Positions 56,597 through 64,000 of a stretch of 64,000 bases of DNA are shown here, piece after piece. Both the position numbers and the translations under genes were made by a program. The notes below the pieces were generated by a model. The model made no database searches. It was not told where the DNA came from and saw only the letters and a list, made by a program, of their open reading frames with translations. This DNA comes from an uncultured Kiritimatiellota bacterium. GTDB lineage: Bacteria; Verrucomicrobiota; Kiritimatiellia; RFP12; UBA1067. The DNA lies in the NCBI GenBank assembly GCA_934643865.1, contig CAKUCX010000002.1, positions 2,587 through 66,586 of the forward strand, given 5' to 3'. Each line of letters starts with the position of its first letter. The stretch's first letter is position 1.

Positions 56597-58390
56597 ATGG
56601 AGAAGATGAAGCAGATCATGTACGGCGTGACGGACTTCGCGCGGATCCGCGCGGAGAACGGCTACTTCGTTGACCGCACCGCGCTCATCCGCGAGCTGGA
56701 GAAGACCTCCTACGCGATGTTCCTGCGCCCGCGCCGCTTCGGGAAGTCGCTCCTCTGCGCGATTCTCCAGGCCTACTACGACATCGACTACGCGGACCGC
56801 TTCGAGGCGTTCTTCGGCGGCCTCGACATCGGGCGCGATCCGACGGGCGAGCAGGGGAAGTACCTCTGGCTCGGCTTTAACTTCTCGGCGGTCGAGAAGC
56901 GCGCCGACCGCGTGGAGGCGAGCTTTGACGCCTACTGCCGGGACATCATCGACGAGTTTGCCGCGCGCCATGCCGCGCTGCTCCCGGAAGGCGCGGCGGA
57001 GGCGATCCGCGCCAAGCGGACGTGCCACGAGAAGCTCAACGCCCTCACGACCCGGCTGATGGGCTCGGGCGCGAGGCTCTACGTCTGCATCGACGAGTAC
57101 GACAACTTCACGAACACGATCCTCGCCGGATCGCGCGAGAGCTACGAGGCCCTCTGCCACGGCGAGGGCTTCTTCAAGCAGTTCTTCAACGAGCTCAAGC
57201 TCGCGACGACGGGCATCGGCGCGCCCATCACGCGCCTCTTCGTGACGGGCGTGACGCCCGTGACGATGGACGACGTGACGAGCGGCTTCAACATCGCGAC
57301 GAACATCTCGCTGAACCCGGCCTTCGCCGCGCTCACGGGCTTCACGCACGGCGACGTCCGCGAGATGCTCGCCTACTACCGCGCGCACGCCGGCTTCGCG
57401 TTCGACGAGGCGGCCGTCTTCGAGACGATGCGCCGGTGGTACGACAACTACCGCTTCTCGCCCGAGACGGGGCCGGACGGGAAGGAGCCGCCGCGCGTCG
57501 CGAACCCGACGCTCGTCCTCTACTACATGCAGTACTTCCTGCAGAACCACAAGCCGCAGCCGGAGCTCGTGGACCGCAACCTGCGCACCGACTACATGAA
57601 GATCCGCCACGTCATCACGGAGGGGCGGAGGATCAACGGCAACTTCCACCGGCTGGAGGACCTGCTCGCGCGCCTCGGCGCGACGGCGACGCTGCGGGAC
57701 TCCTTCCAGGCGAAGGAGCTCGGCGTCGCGGACAACTTCGTCTCGTTCCTCTTCTACAACGGGCTCGTCACGGTGACAGGGGAGGACCTCGGGCAGTCGC
57801 GGCTCGGCATCCCGAACCTGACGGTCGGGGAGTTCCTGCACGACTTCGTGCCGAAGGCGTACCAGGACCTGAACGGCATCGACCCGCGCCTCTTCGACGT
57901 CGCGAACGCGATGACGGACTTCGCGCGGCACGGCGACTGGCGCGCGCCGCTGGAGACGGCGGCCTCGGTCGTCTCGCGCTACTGGAAGGTGCGCGACGCC
58001 GTCGAGGGCGAGCGCGTCGTGCAGACGGCGCTCTGCGCGCTCCTCTACGTGGGGCACGGGCCGTACATCGTCCGCCACGAGCGGGAGTCGGCGGGCGGGT
58101 TCATCGACATCGCCTTCGAGCCGCAGCTCGCGCGCTGGCCGGAGATCGGCCACGCCGCCCTCGTCGAGCTGAAGTACCTCAAGGCGTCGGACGACGCCTC
58201 GCCCGCCGCGCTCGCGAAGATCCGCGACGCGGCGGCGGCGCAGCTCGCGCGCTACGCGGCCGACCACGACCTCGCGCGGGCCTGGAACCTGAAGGAGCAG
58301 GGCGGCACGGTCACGCTCCACCGCGTCGTCCTCGTCTTCCACGGCGGCGACGTGGCGCTCTGCGAGGCGATCGGGACTGCTGAATCGTGA
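56597..58390 (+). CDS. AAA-ATPase-like domain (PF09820-type) plus PD-(D/E)XK (DUF1703) family protein.
   Basis: N-terminus MEKMKQIMYGVTDFARIRAENGYFVDRTALIRELEKTSYAMFLRPRRFGKSLLCAI is the hallmark of this family. C-terminal ...FIDIAFEPQ...LVELKYLK (PD-(D/E)XK-like). Confidence 0.75.
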   Translation: MEKMKQIMYGVTDFARIRAENGYFVDRTALIRELEKTSYAMFLRPRRFGKSLLCAILQAYYDIDYADRFEAFFGGLDIGRDPTGEQGKYLWLGFNFSAVEKRADRVEASFDAYCRDIIDEFAARHAALLPEGAAEAIRAKRTCHEKLNALTTRLMGSGARLYVCIDEYDNFTNTILAGSRESYEALCHGEGFFKQFFNELKLATTGIGAPITRLFVTGVTPVTMDDVTSGFNIATNISLNPAFAALTGFTHGDVREMLAYYRAHAGFAFDEAAVFETMRRWYDNYRFSPETGPDGKEPPRVANPTLVLYYMQYFLQNHKPQPELVDRNLRTDYMKIRHVITEGRRINGNFHRLEDLLARLGATATLRDSFQAKELGVADNFVSFLFYNGLVTVTGEDLGQSRLGIPNLTVGEFLHDFVPKAYQDLNGIDPRLFDVANAMTDFARHGDWRAPLETAASVVSRYWKVRDAVEGERVVQTALCALLYVGHGPYIVRHERESAGGFIDIAFEPQLARWPEIGHAALVELKYLKASDDASPAALAKIRDAAAAQLARYAADHDLARAWNLKEQGGTVTLHRVVLVFHGGDVALCEAIGTAES

Positions 58391-58405
58391 ACGGCAAGGA
58401 GAACG

Positions 58406-59857
58406 ATGAAGATGAAGAGACGTGCATTTTTGAAACTCGCGGCGGGGACGGCGGCGCTGCCCCTCTTTTCCATCGGCGCGGCGGCGAACGGGCCGGGCGG
58501 CGCGCGGAAGATCCGCCTCGGCCTCATCGGCTGCGGCGGGCGCATGGGGCTCTCGACGGGCTACGGCATCCTCAACAGCATGTGCGGGCCGGACGAGGAG
58601 ATCGTCTGCCTCGCCGAGCCGGATCCCTCGCACTGGGACAAGGTGCGCGCCGTCGTCAAGGCGCACCAGCCGCAGACGGACACCTCGAAGATCCGCGCCT
58701 ACTACGACTACCGCGAGATGCTGGAGAAGGAGGCGAAGAACCTCGACGCCGTTGCGATCGCGACGCCGAACCACCACCACGCCCCGGCGGCCCTGCGCGC
58801 GATGGCGAAGGGTCTGCACGTCTACGTGGAGAAGCCGATGGCGCTCACGGTGGAGGAGGTGCGCCTCATGCACGCGATGCAGAAGCGGACGGGCATCGTC
58901 GCGCAGGTCGGGAACCACGGCCACAGCGAGGAGGGGATGCGCCGCCTCGTGGAGTACATCCGCGCGGGGACGATCGGGCAGGTGCGGGAGGTGTGGAGCT
59001 ACGACGACCGCCTCAACGCGATGCTCTACCGTCCGCCGAAGGCCGAGCCGCCGAAGGGCATGGACTGGGACAGCTGGTGCGGCCCCGCGCCGGTGTGCGA
59101 CTACTATGCGCCCACCCAGGACCACAACGGCCTCCATCCGCATGACTGGCACGACTGGATCGGCTACGGCAATGGCTCGATCGGCAACATGGGCACGCAC
59201 ATCATCGACCCCGTCTTCTGGGCGCTTGACCTGGGGACGGTGGTGCCGGAGAGCGTGGAGACGAAGCGCGCCGAGTGGGGCTGCGCGGGCAGCTGGACGT
59301 GGGCGACCGAGATCGAGTGGAAGTATCCGGCGCGCGCCGGCATGGATCCTGTGACGCTCCGCTGGTTCGACGGCGTGAAGCCGGGCGTGCCCTACGACAA
59401 GGACCATGTGGACAAGATCGGCGTCTGCCGCCAGCGCGCCTACCAGAACCTGCCGCCCGTCGTCGAGGAACTGGAGAAGAAGTACGGGCAGTCGCTCGGC
59501 TGCCTCGGCTCGATCTTCGTGGGCGAGAAGGGGATCATCCGCATCGGGCCGCACGGGGACGGCCTCGTCTTCGGCCCGAAGGACCTCTACAAGAAGCGTC
59601 CGCCGAAGCTCTTCCCGCGCGAGAAGGGGATGGACCACCCGACGGACTGGCTGCGCGCGATCCGCAACCCGGGCCGTCCCTGCGGGTGCAACTTCGACTA
59701 CTCCGCGCCGCTTGCGACGACGGTGCTGCTCGGCAACGCCGCCCCGCGCGCGGGCGTGAAGAGGCTCCTCTGGGACGGCCGGCGGTTCACGAACGACGAC
59801 GCGGCGAACCAGTATCTCCGCGCGACCTACCGTCCCGGCTGGGAACTGATGGGATAA
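58406..59857 (+). CDS. Gfo/Idh/MocA-family oxidoreductase with a TAT signal peptide (second copy).
   Basis: MKMKRRAFLKLAAGTAALPLF. LGLIGCGGRMG (GxGxxG). RBS aaggagaa. Confidence 0.8.
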   Translation: MKMKRRAFLKLAAGTAALPLFSIGAAANGPGGARKIRLGLIGCGGRMGLSTGYGILNSMCGPDEEIVCLAEPDPSHWDKVRAVVKAHQPQTDTSKIRAYYDYREMLEKEAKNLDAVAIATPNHHHAPAALRAMAKGLHVYVEKPMALTVEEVRLMHAMQKRTGIVAQVGNHGHSEEGMRRLVEYIRAGTIGQVREVWSYDDRLNAMLYRPPKAEPPKGMDWDSWCGPAPVCDYYAPTQDHNGLHPHDWHDWIGYGNGSIGNMGTHIIDPVFWALDLGTVVPESVETKRAEWGCAGSWTWATEIEWKYPARAGMDPVTLRWFDGVKPGVPYDKDHVDKIGVCRQRAYQNLPPVVEELEKKYGQSLGCLGSIFVGEKGIIRIGPHGDGLVFGPKDLYKKRPPKLFPREKGMDHPTDWLRAIRNPGRPCGCNFDYSAPLATTVLLGNAAPRAGVKRLLWDGRRFTNDDAANQYLRATYRPGWELMG

Positions 59858-59875
59858 AGGGAAAGGGAGAAGACG

Positions 59876-62344
59876 ATGCGGTATGCGCGGTTCGGAGTGG
59901 CGGCGTGCGCTGGGCTCCTGTGGGCGGCGGCGTGGGCTGGGGGCGAGAACTGGAAGCTCGGAAAGCACGCGACGCGCACGGGCGACGTCGTGACGGTGGA
60001 CATCCCGGCGGGGAAGGTGGATTCCGGCTCGGCGACGTGCGCCTACGACTTCTCGCGCCACAACGGGAAGGTCTTCCGGGCGTCGATCCGGGCGCGCGGC
60101 TTCGGCGTCTCGCGTCCTGAGCCGCGCTACCTCGGCTTCAAGTTCATGGGAACGTACCGCGACGATGCCTCGGGGGCGCTGAACTATCCCGGCGCGGCGC
60201 AGGTCGGCGGCGACTTCCCCTGGCAGACCGTCTTGTTCACCGACGGCAACGTGGGCGTCAAGCGCGCGCCGGGCACGTTCACGCTTGGTCTGCAGGACGC
60301 CTGCGGGCGCGTTGAGTTCGACCTCTCGACCTTCAAGGTGGAGGAGCTACCCCCGCTCTGGCCGGAGACGAACCAGACCCACCGCTGCGTCTACACGCCG
60401 CGCGTGAAGGACGCGCCCGCGCGGCGCGGCGTCATGCTCGGGCTCGGCCTCTCGGAGGAGGACTTCAAGGCGCTCCACCGCTGGGGCGTCACGCTCGCGC
60501 GCTTCCAGATGACGCGCCAGTGGAACACGACGGGCGGCAACCGCGACCTCGCCGACTTCGACCGCTACATCGACGGCCAGCTCGACCTCCTGGAGAAGCA
60601 CCTCGCCTGGGCGAAGAAGTACGGCATCCAGATCGTCGTCGACCTCCACGCCGCCCCCGGTGCGCGCGACGAGCGGAAGGACCTCTACATGTGCCACGAC
60701 GCGACGTACGCGGAGGCGTTCATCGTGACGTGGCGGAAGATCGCGACGCGCTTCAGGGCACGCCCGGAGATCTTCGGCTTCGACCTCGTCAACGAGCCCC
60801 AGCAGCTCGCGCCCGCGCTGCCGGGCTGCGACTACTGGTCGCTCCAGAGCCGCGCCGCCGAGGCGATCCGCGCCATCGACCCCGAGACGCCCGTCATCGT
60901 CGAGTCGAACTGCTACGACGGCCCGGCGACGTTCAGCTACCTGAAGCCGCTCGCGCTCACGAACATCATCTACCAGGTCCACATGTACGTGCCCCACGCC
61001 TTCACGCACCAGGGCGTCGGCGGCCCGACGTGGACGCGCACGAAGTACCCCGACGCCGCGAAGGGCTGGAACCGCGACTTCCTGCGGCGGACGCTGAAGC
61101 CGGTGCGCGACTTCCAGGCGCGCCACGGCGCGCGCATCTACGTGGGCGAGTTCTCGGCCATTGCCTGGGCCGAAGGCGCGGCGGACTACCTGCGCGACTG
61201 CATCGACCTCTTCGAGGAGGAGGGCTGGGACTGGACGTACCACGCCTTCCGCGAATGGACGGGGTGGAGCGTCGAGCACGAGGCGGAGAAGCCGGGCGCG
61301 CAGAGGCCCTCCTTCGACAATCCGCGCAAGCGCGCGCTCCTCGACGGCTTCCGGCGCGGCAGGCCGACGGCGCTCCGGGGACCGTTCCCGCTCCTCTGCA
61401 CGCCGTGGACGGCGGAGGGCGCGCTCGACGGCGCGGTCCTCGCGAAGGAGGCCGCGTTCGTGGGCGCGTGCGGCGCGGCGGGCGTCGTGTGGCCGACGGC
61501 GGGCGAGGTGGCGGATCTCGTGGCGGAGGGCGAATACGTGAAGGGGCTTGACGCGCTCGCGGCGCGGGCGGCGCAGCCGGACTTCACGGCGTGCCTCGTG
61601 GCGGTCTGCCCGGGGCCGACCTCGGCGGCGGCGCTCGCCCGGGCGCGCGAGGCGGCGGCGGCGTTCGCGCGCCACGGCGTGAAGAAGGCGGCGATCCTCG
61701 CGCGCCCGCCGGACGACGCGAAGACGCAGGCCGACATCGAGGCGCACTACCGCGCGCTCGCGCAGATCGCGACAGGCCCCGTCATCATCCAGACGTACAA
61801 CGGGAAGAGCCCGCAGCCCGACGTGAAGCTGCTCGTGCAGCTCGCGAAGGACTACCCGGAGGTCTACGGGTACGTGAAGGAGGAGTCCCCGGGGAGCGCG
61901 GTCAACGCGCGCATCGCGCAGCTCGTCGCGGCGAAGCCGGCGATCCGAACCGTCTTCAGCGGCTGGGGCGCGAAGGGGTGGCTCTACCAGGGACGCGCGC
62001 TCGGCACGGAGGGAATGATCACGCAGCGCCCGGCGTATGCGGACCTCCTCGCGCGGATGTGGGCGGCGGAGCAGCGGGGCGACCCGGACGGAACGCTCGC
62101 GGACCTCTACGCGAAGTTCCTCCTCATGGTCAACCTGGGCGAGAACTTCGGCGGCTCCGACGACCAGATGCGCGGCCCGCACCTCTACGTCCTCCAGCGG
62201 CGCGGCGTCTTCACGAACACCTACACGCGGCGGCGCGCGCCGAAGGGCGGCGCGCGGAAGTGGCTCGTGGACGAGGTGAAGCTCTCATCCGCCGAGAAGG
62301 CCGAGATCGACCGCCGCCTCGCCTTCTGCGGCCTCCTCCCGTAG
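59876..62344 (+). CDS. Secreted GH5-like glycoside hydrolase fused to a DapA/NAL-family lyase-like C-terminal domain (822 aa).
   Basis: Signal peptide MRYARFGVAACAGLLWAAAWAG. GH5-type FDLVNEPQ (NEP) block. The C-terminal ~330 aa are paralogous to 33431..34555. Confidence 0.6.
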   Translation: MRYARFGVAACAGLLWAAAWAGGENWKLGKHATRTGDVVTVDIPAGKVDSGSATCAYDFSRHNGKVFRASIRARGFGVSRPEPRYLGFKFMGTYRDDASGALNYPGAAQVGGDFPWQTVLFTDGNVGVKRAPGTFTLGLQDACGRVEFDLSTFKVEELPPLWPETNQTHRCVYTPRVKDAPARRGVMLGLGLSEEDFKALHRWGVTLARFQMTRQWNTTGGNRDLADFDRYIDGQLDLLEKHLAWAKKYGIQIVVDLHAAPGARDERKDLYMCHDATYAEAFIVTWRKIATRFRARPEIFGFDLVNEPQQLAPALPGCDYWSLQSRAAEAIRAIDPETPVIVESNCYDGPATFSYLKPLALTNIIYQVHMYVPHAFTHQGVGGPTWTRTKYPDAAKGWNRDFLRRTLKPVRDFQARHGARIYVGEFSAIAWAEGAADYLRDCIDLFEEEGWDWTYHAFREWTGWSVEHEAEKPGAQRPSFDNPRKRALLDGFRRGRPTALRGPFPLLCTPWTAEGALDGAVLAKEAAFVGACGAAGVVWPTAGEVADLVAEGEYVKGLDALAARAAQPDFTACLVAVCPGPTSAAALARAREAAAAFARHGVKKAAILARPPDDAKTQADIEAHYRALAQIATGPVIIQTYNGKSPQPDVKLLVQLAKDYPEVYGYVKEESPGSAVNARIAQLVAAKPAIRTVFSGWGAKGWLYQGRALGTEGMITQRPAYADLLARMWAAEQRGDPDGTLADLYAKFLLMVNLGENFGGSDDQMRGPHLYVLQRRGVFTNTYTRRRAPKGGARKWLVDEVKLSSAEKAEIDRRLAFCGLLP

Positions 62345-62382
62345 CGCCCGGAAGGGCCACGCTCCCGCGCCGACGCGCGAAA

Positions 62383-62393
62383 TGTGCTATACT
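62383..62393 (+). promoter_or_regulatory. Extended -10-like TGTGCTATACT upstream of the DUF481-like OMP gene.
   Basis: Direct reading. Confidence 0.4.
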
Positions 62394-62426
62394 GTCCGCC
62401 ATCTTTCAAGCGGAAAGGATGAACGG

Positions 62427-63449
62427 ATGATGTCGATGAGAACTGTCGCGGCGTGCGCGTGCGCGGTGGCGTGTGCGTGGGCCGTTTCGGCCGATACGGT
62501 CGTCTTCAAGAGCGGGGCCCGCCTGACGGGCGAGGTCGTGCGGATCGTGGGGGACGAGATCACGTTCAAGTCGGACGACGTGGGCGAGGTGAAGATCGCC
62601 GCCGGCAAGGTCGCGACGCTGGAGACGGCCAAGACGAACACAGTCCAGTACGTCGACCGGACGACGGCGGAGGGCGTCGTGGCCCTCAAGGACGGCGCCT
62701 ACACCCTCACGGGCCGGCCGCTTGACATGAAGCGCGTCAAGGCCGTCAACCCCGAGCCCGAGGCCTGGCACGGCGCCGTCAACTTCAGCGGCACGGCCGC
62801 GCGCGGCAACACGACGAGCGAGAAGGTCGCCCTCACGGCGGACGCGGCCCGCCGCTGGGAGAAGGACCGCTACGCGGGCAGCTTCGGCTACTACTTCGCC
62901 CAGAGCGGCACGACGCGCGACAGCAAGGAGAAGACCGAGGACCGCATCGAACTCGGCTCGCAGTTCGACCACTTCTGGGCGACCAAGGTCTACTCCTACC
63001 TGAACGGCAAGTACGAGCGCGACGGCATCAACGACCTCCAGTACCGCTACCGCCTCGGCACCGGCTTCGGCTACCAGTGGCTGGACGGCGCCGAGCACGA
63101 CCTCACGGGCAAGTGGTCCTTCAACCAGGAGGCCGGCCTCACCTACATCAAGGAGAAATACGAACACGCGAAGGACGACGACCGCTGCACGGTGCGCTAC
63201 GCCCACCACCTCTCGTGGAGTCCGCGCTGGATCGGCGGCCTCGCCTTCACCCACAACCTCGAATACCTGCCCGACGTGGGCGACTGGGCGGACGCCTACC
63301 TGATCGACGCGGACGTGGGCTTCACCTACGCCCTGTCGGCCGCCTGGCAGCTGATGGGCAAGATCGACTGGGACTACAACGCGAACCCCGGCCCGCACAC
63401 GAAGTCGAGCGACTTCCGCTACATGCTCGGCCTCGGTTACAAGTGGTAA
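62427..63449 (+). CDS. DUF481/YdiY-like outer-membrane beta-barrel protein.
   Basis: Signal peptide MMSMRTVAACACAVACAWAVSA. Repeated Y/G/F-rich beta-strands (YAGSFGYYFAQ..., YRYRLGTGFGYQW). C-terminal ...LGLGYKW. Confidence 0.55.
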   Translation: MMSMRTVAACACAVACAWAVSADTVVFKSGARLTGEVVRIVGDEITFKSDDVGEVKIAAGKVATLETAKTNTVQYVDRTTAEGVVALKDGAYTLTGRPLDMKRVKAVNPEPEAWHGAVNFSGTAARGNTTSEKVALTADAARRWEKDRYAGSFGYYFAQSGTTRDSKEKTEDRIELGSQFDHFWATKVYSYLNGKYERDGINDLQYRYRLGTGFGYQWLDGAEHDLTGKWSFNQEAGLTYIKEKYEHAKDDDRCTVRYAHHLSWSPRWIGGLAFTHNLEYLPDVGDWADAYLIDADVGFTYALSAAWQLMGKIDWDYNANPGPHTKSSDFRYMLGLGYKW

Positions 63450-63464
63450 GCGGGCCCCGGCGCC

Positions 63465-64000
63465 ATGCGCATCGCGATCTGCTATCCGCCGCTGCCGAGC
63501 GAGAAGGGCGTGCCGCTCCTCTCGCAGAACCGCCAGTTCCAGTGGTTCTCGCGCCCCACCTACATCTTCCCCGTCGTGCCCGCGACGGCGGCGACGATGC
63601 TGAAGAAGGCCGGGCACGAGGTTGCGTGGCTGGACGGCATCGCCGAGGAATGGTCGCCCGAGACGTTGAGCGACCGCCTTGCGGCCTTCGCGCCGGATGT
63701 CGTGGTGCTGGAGACGAAGACCCCCGTCGTCAAGCGCCACTGGGCGTGGATCGCCGCCTTCAAGGCGACCCATCCGGCGCGCGCCGCGAAGGTCGTCCTC
63801 GTGGGCGACCACGTGACCGCGCTCCCCGACGAGACGATGGAAAACTGCCCCGTCGACTACGTCCTCACCGGCGGCGACTGGGACTTCCTCCTCCTCAACC
63901 TCGTCTCCTCGGGCTTCGACCCCGCCCGCTTCGAGCCCGGCATCTGGTACCGGGGCGGCAACACGGGGCGCTTCCGGCTCGACCACGACCTCAAGACGAC
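63465..64000 (+). CDS. B12-binding-domain radical SAM family protein, N-terminal part (3'-truncated at the window edge).
   Basis: MRIAICYPPLPSEKGVPLLSQNRQFQW...VVVLETKTPVVK... matches the N-terminal cobalamin-binding-like domain layout. It is absent from the ORF track because no stop lies within the window. Confidence 0.45.
   Translation, partial: MRIAICYPPLPSEKGVPLLSQNRQFQWFSRPTYIFPVVPATAATMLKKAGHEVAWLDGIAEEWSPETLSDRLAAFAPDVVVLETKTPVVKRHWAWIAAFKATHPARAAKVVLVGDHVTALPDETMENCPVDYVLTGGDWDFLLLNLVSSGFDPARFEPGIWYRGGNTGRFRLDHDLKT

Noticed and set aside
56498-60061. 1187-aa minus-strand ORF
   Set aside because: Antisense to the AAA-ATPase/DUF1703 and Gfo/Idh/MocA genes, which have strong family signatures and RBS/TAT signals. 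Composition is typical of a GC-rich artefact.
60347-62182. 611-aa minus-strand ORF and the many 100-500-aa alternative-frame ORFs across 27-64 kb (e.g. 36834..38234, 38452..40662, 48162..49706, 54727..56619)
   Set aside because: All lie antisense to or out of frame with genes that carry recognisable domains. In >65% G+C DNA, stop codons are rare in every frame, so long spurious ORFs are expected.

Overview
The window has two compositionally distinct parts. (A) 1 to ~26.6 kb is a lower-G+C accessory/defence island, with all genes on the + strand: a 5'-truncated ORF; a 1618-aa PglX / Type IIG-like N6-adenine DNA methyltransferase; a tightly coupled four-gene operon (HEPN-like protein; PHP phosphoesterase fused to an SbcC/SMC-like ABC ATPase, 'ppl-like'; a defence-type reverse transcriptase; a 1-TM protein); an IS200-family Y1 (RAYT-like) transposase; an AlbA_2/HATPase/wHTH regulator-like protein; a ~2025-aa SF2 helicase with Cys clusters and a C-terminal DUF559/Vsr-like nuclease; a UvrD-like helicase with a RelE/ParE-like N-terminus; a small RHH/AT-hook protein; an alpha/beta hydrolase; and a secreted protein. 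A ~24-nt GC-rich palindrome (REP/MITE-like) is inserted in-frame into three different genes, including the RAYT gene itself. (B) ~26.7 to 64 kb is very high-G+C core genome, mostly + strand. It carries tRNA-Met/Ile2(CAU), a tsaA-like gene, tRNA-Leu(UAG) on the minus strand, tgt, yajC, a LysM protein, serS, a second tRNA-Met(CAU), a DapA-like lyase, a NifS/IscS cysteine desulfurase (minus strand), a GntR/LacI-type regulator, several secreted glycoside hydrolases, an FAD oxidoreductase, outer-membrane beta-barrels, comM/yifB plus comEC, two paralogous amino-acid binding proteins plus a permease, rpsU, hpt (minus strand), two TAT-exported Gfo/Idh/MocA oxidoreductases flanking an AAA-ATPase/DUF1703 gene, a GH5::DapA-like fusion, and a 3'-truncated B12-binding radical SAM gene. 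In the high-GC part the long antisense ORFs in the six-frame track are artefacts. No CRISPR array and no integrase were found. All coordinates I derived myself (tRNAs, repeats, promoters) are approximate to +/- 2 nt; CDS coordinates follow the supplied ORF track, with starts adjusted where an RBS or signal peptide indicated a better start.
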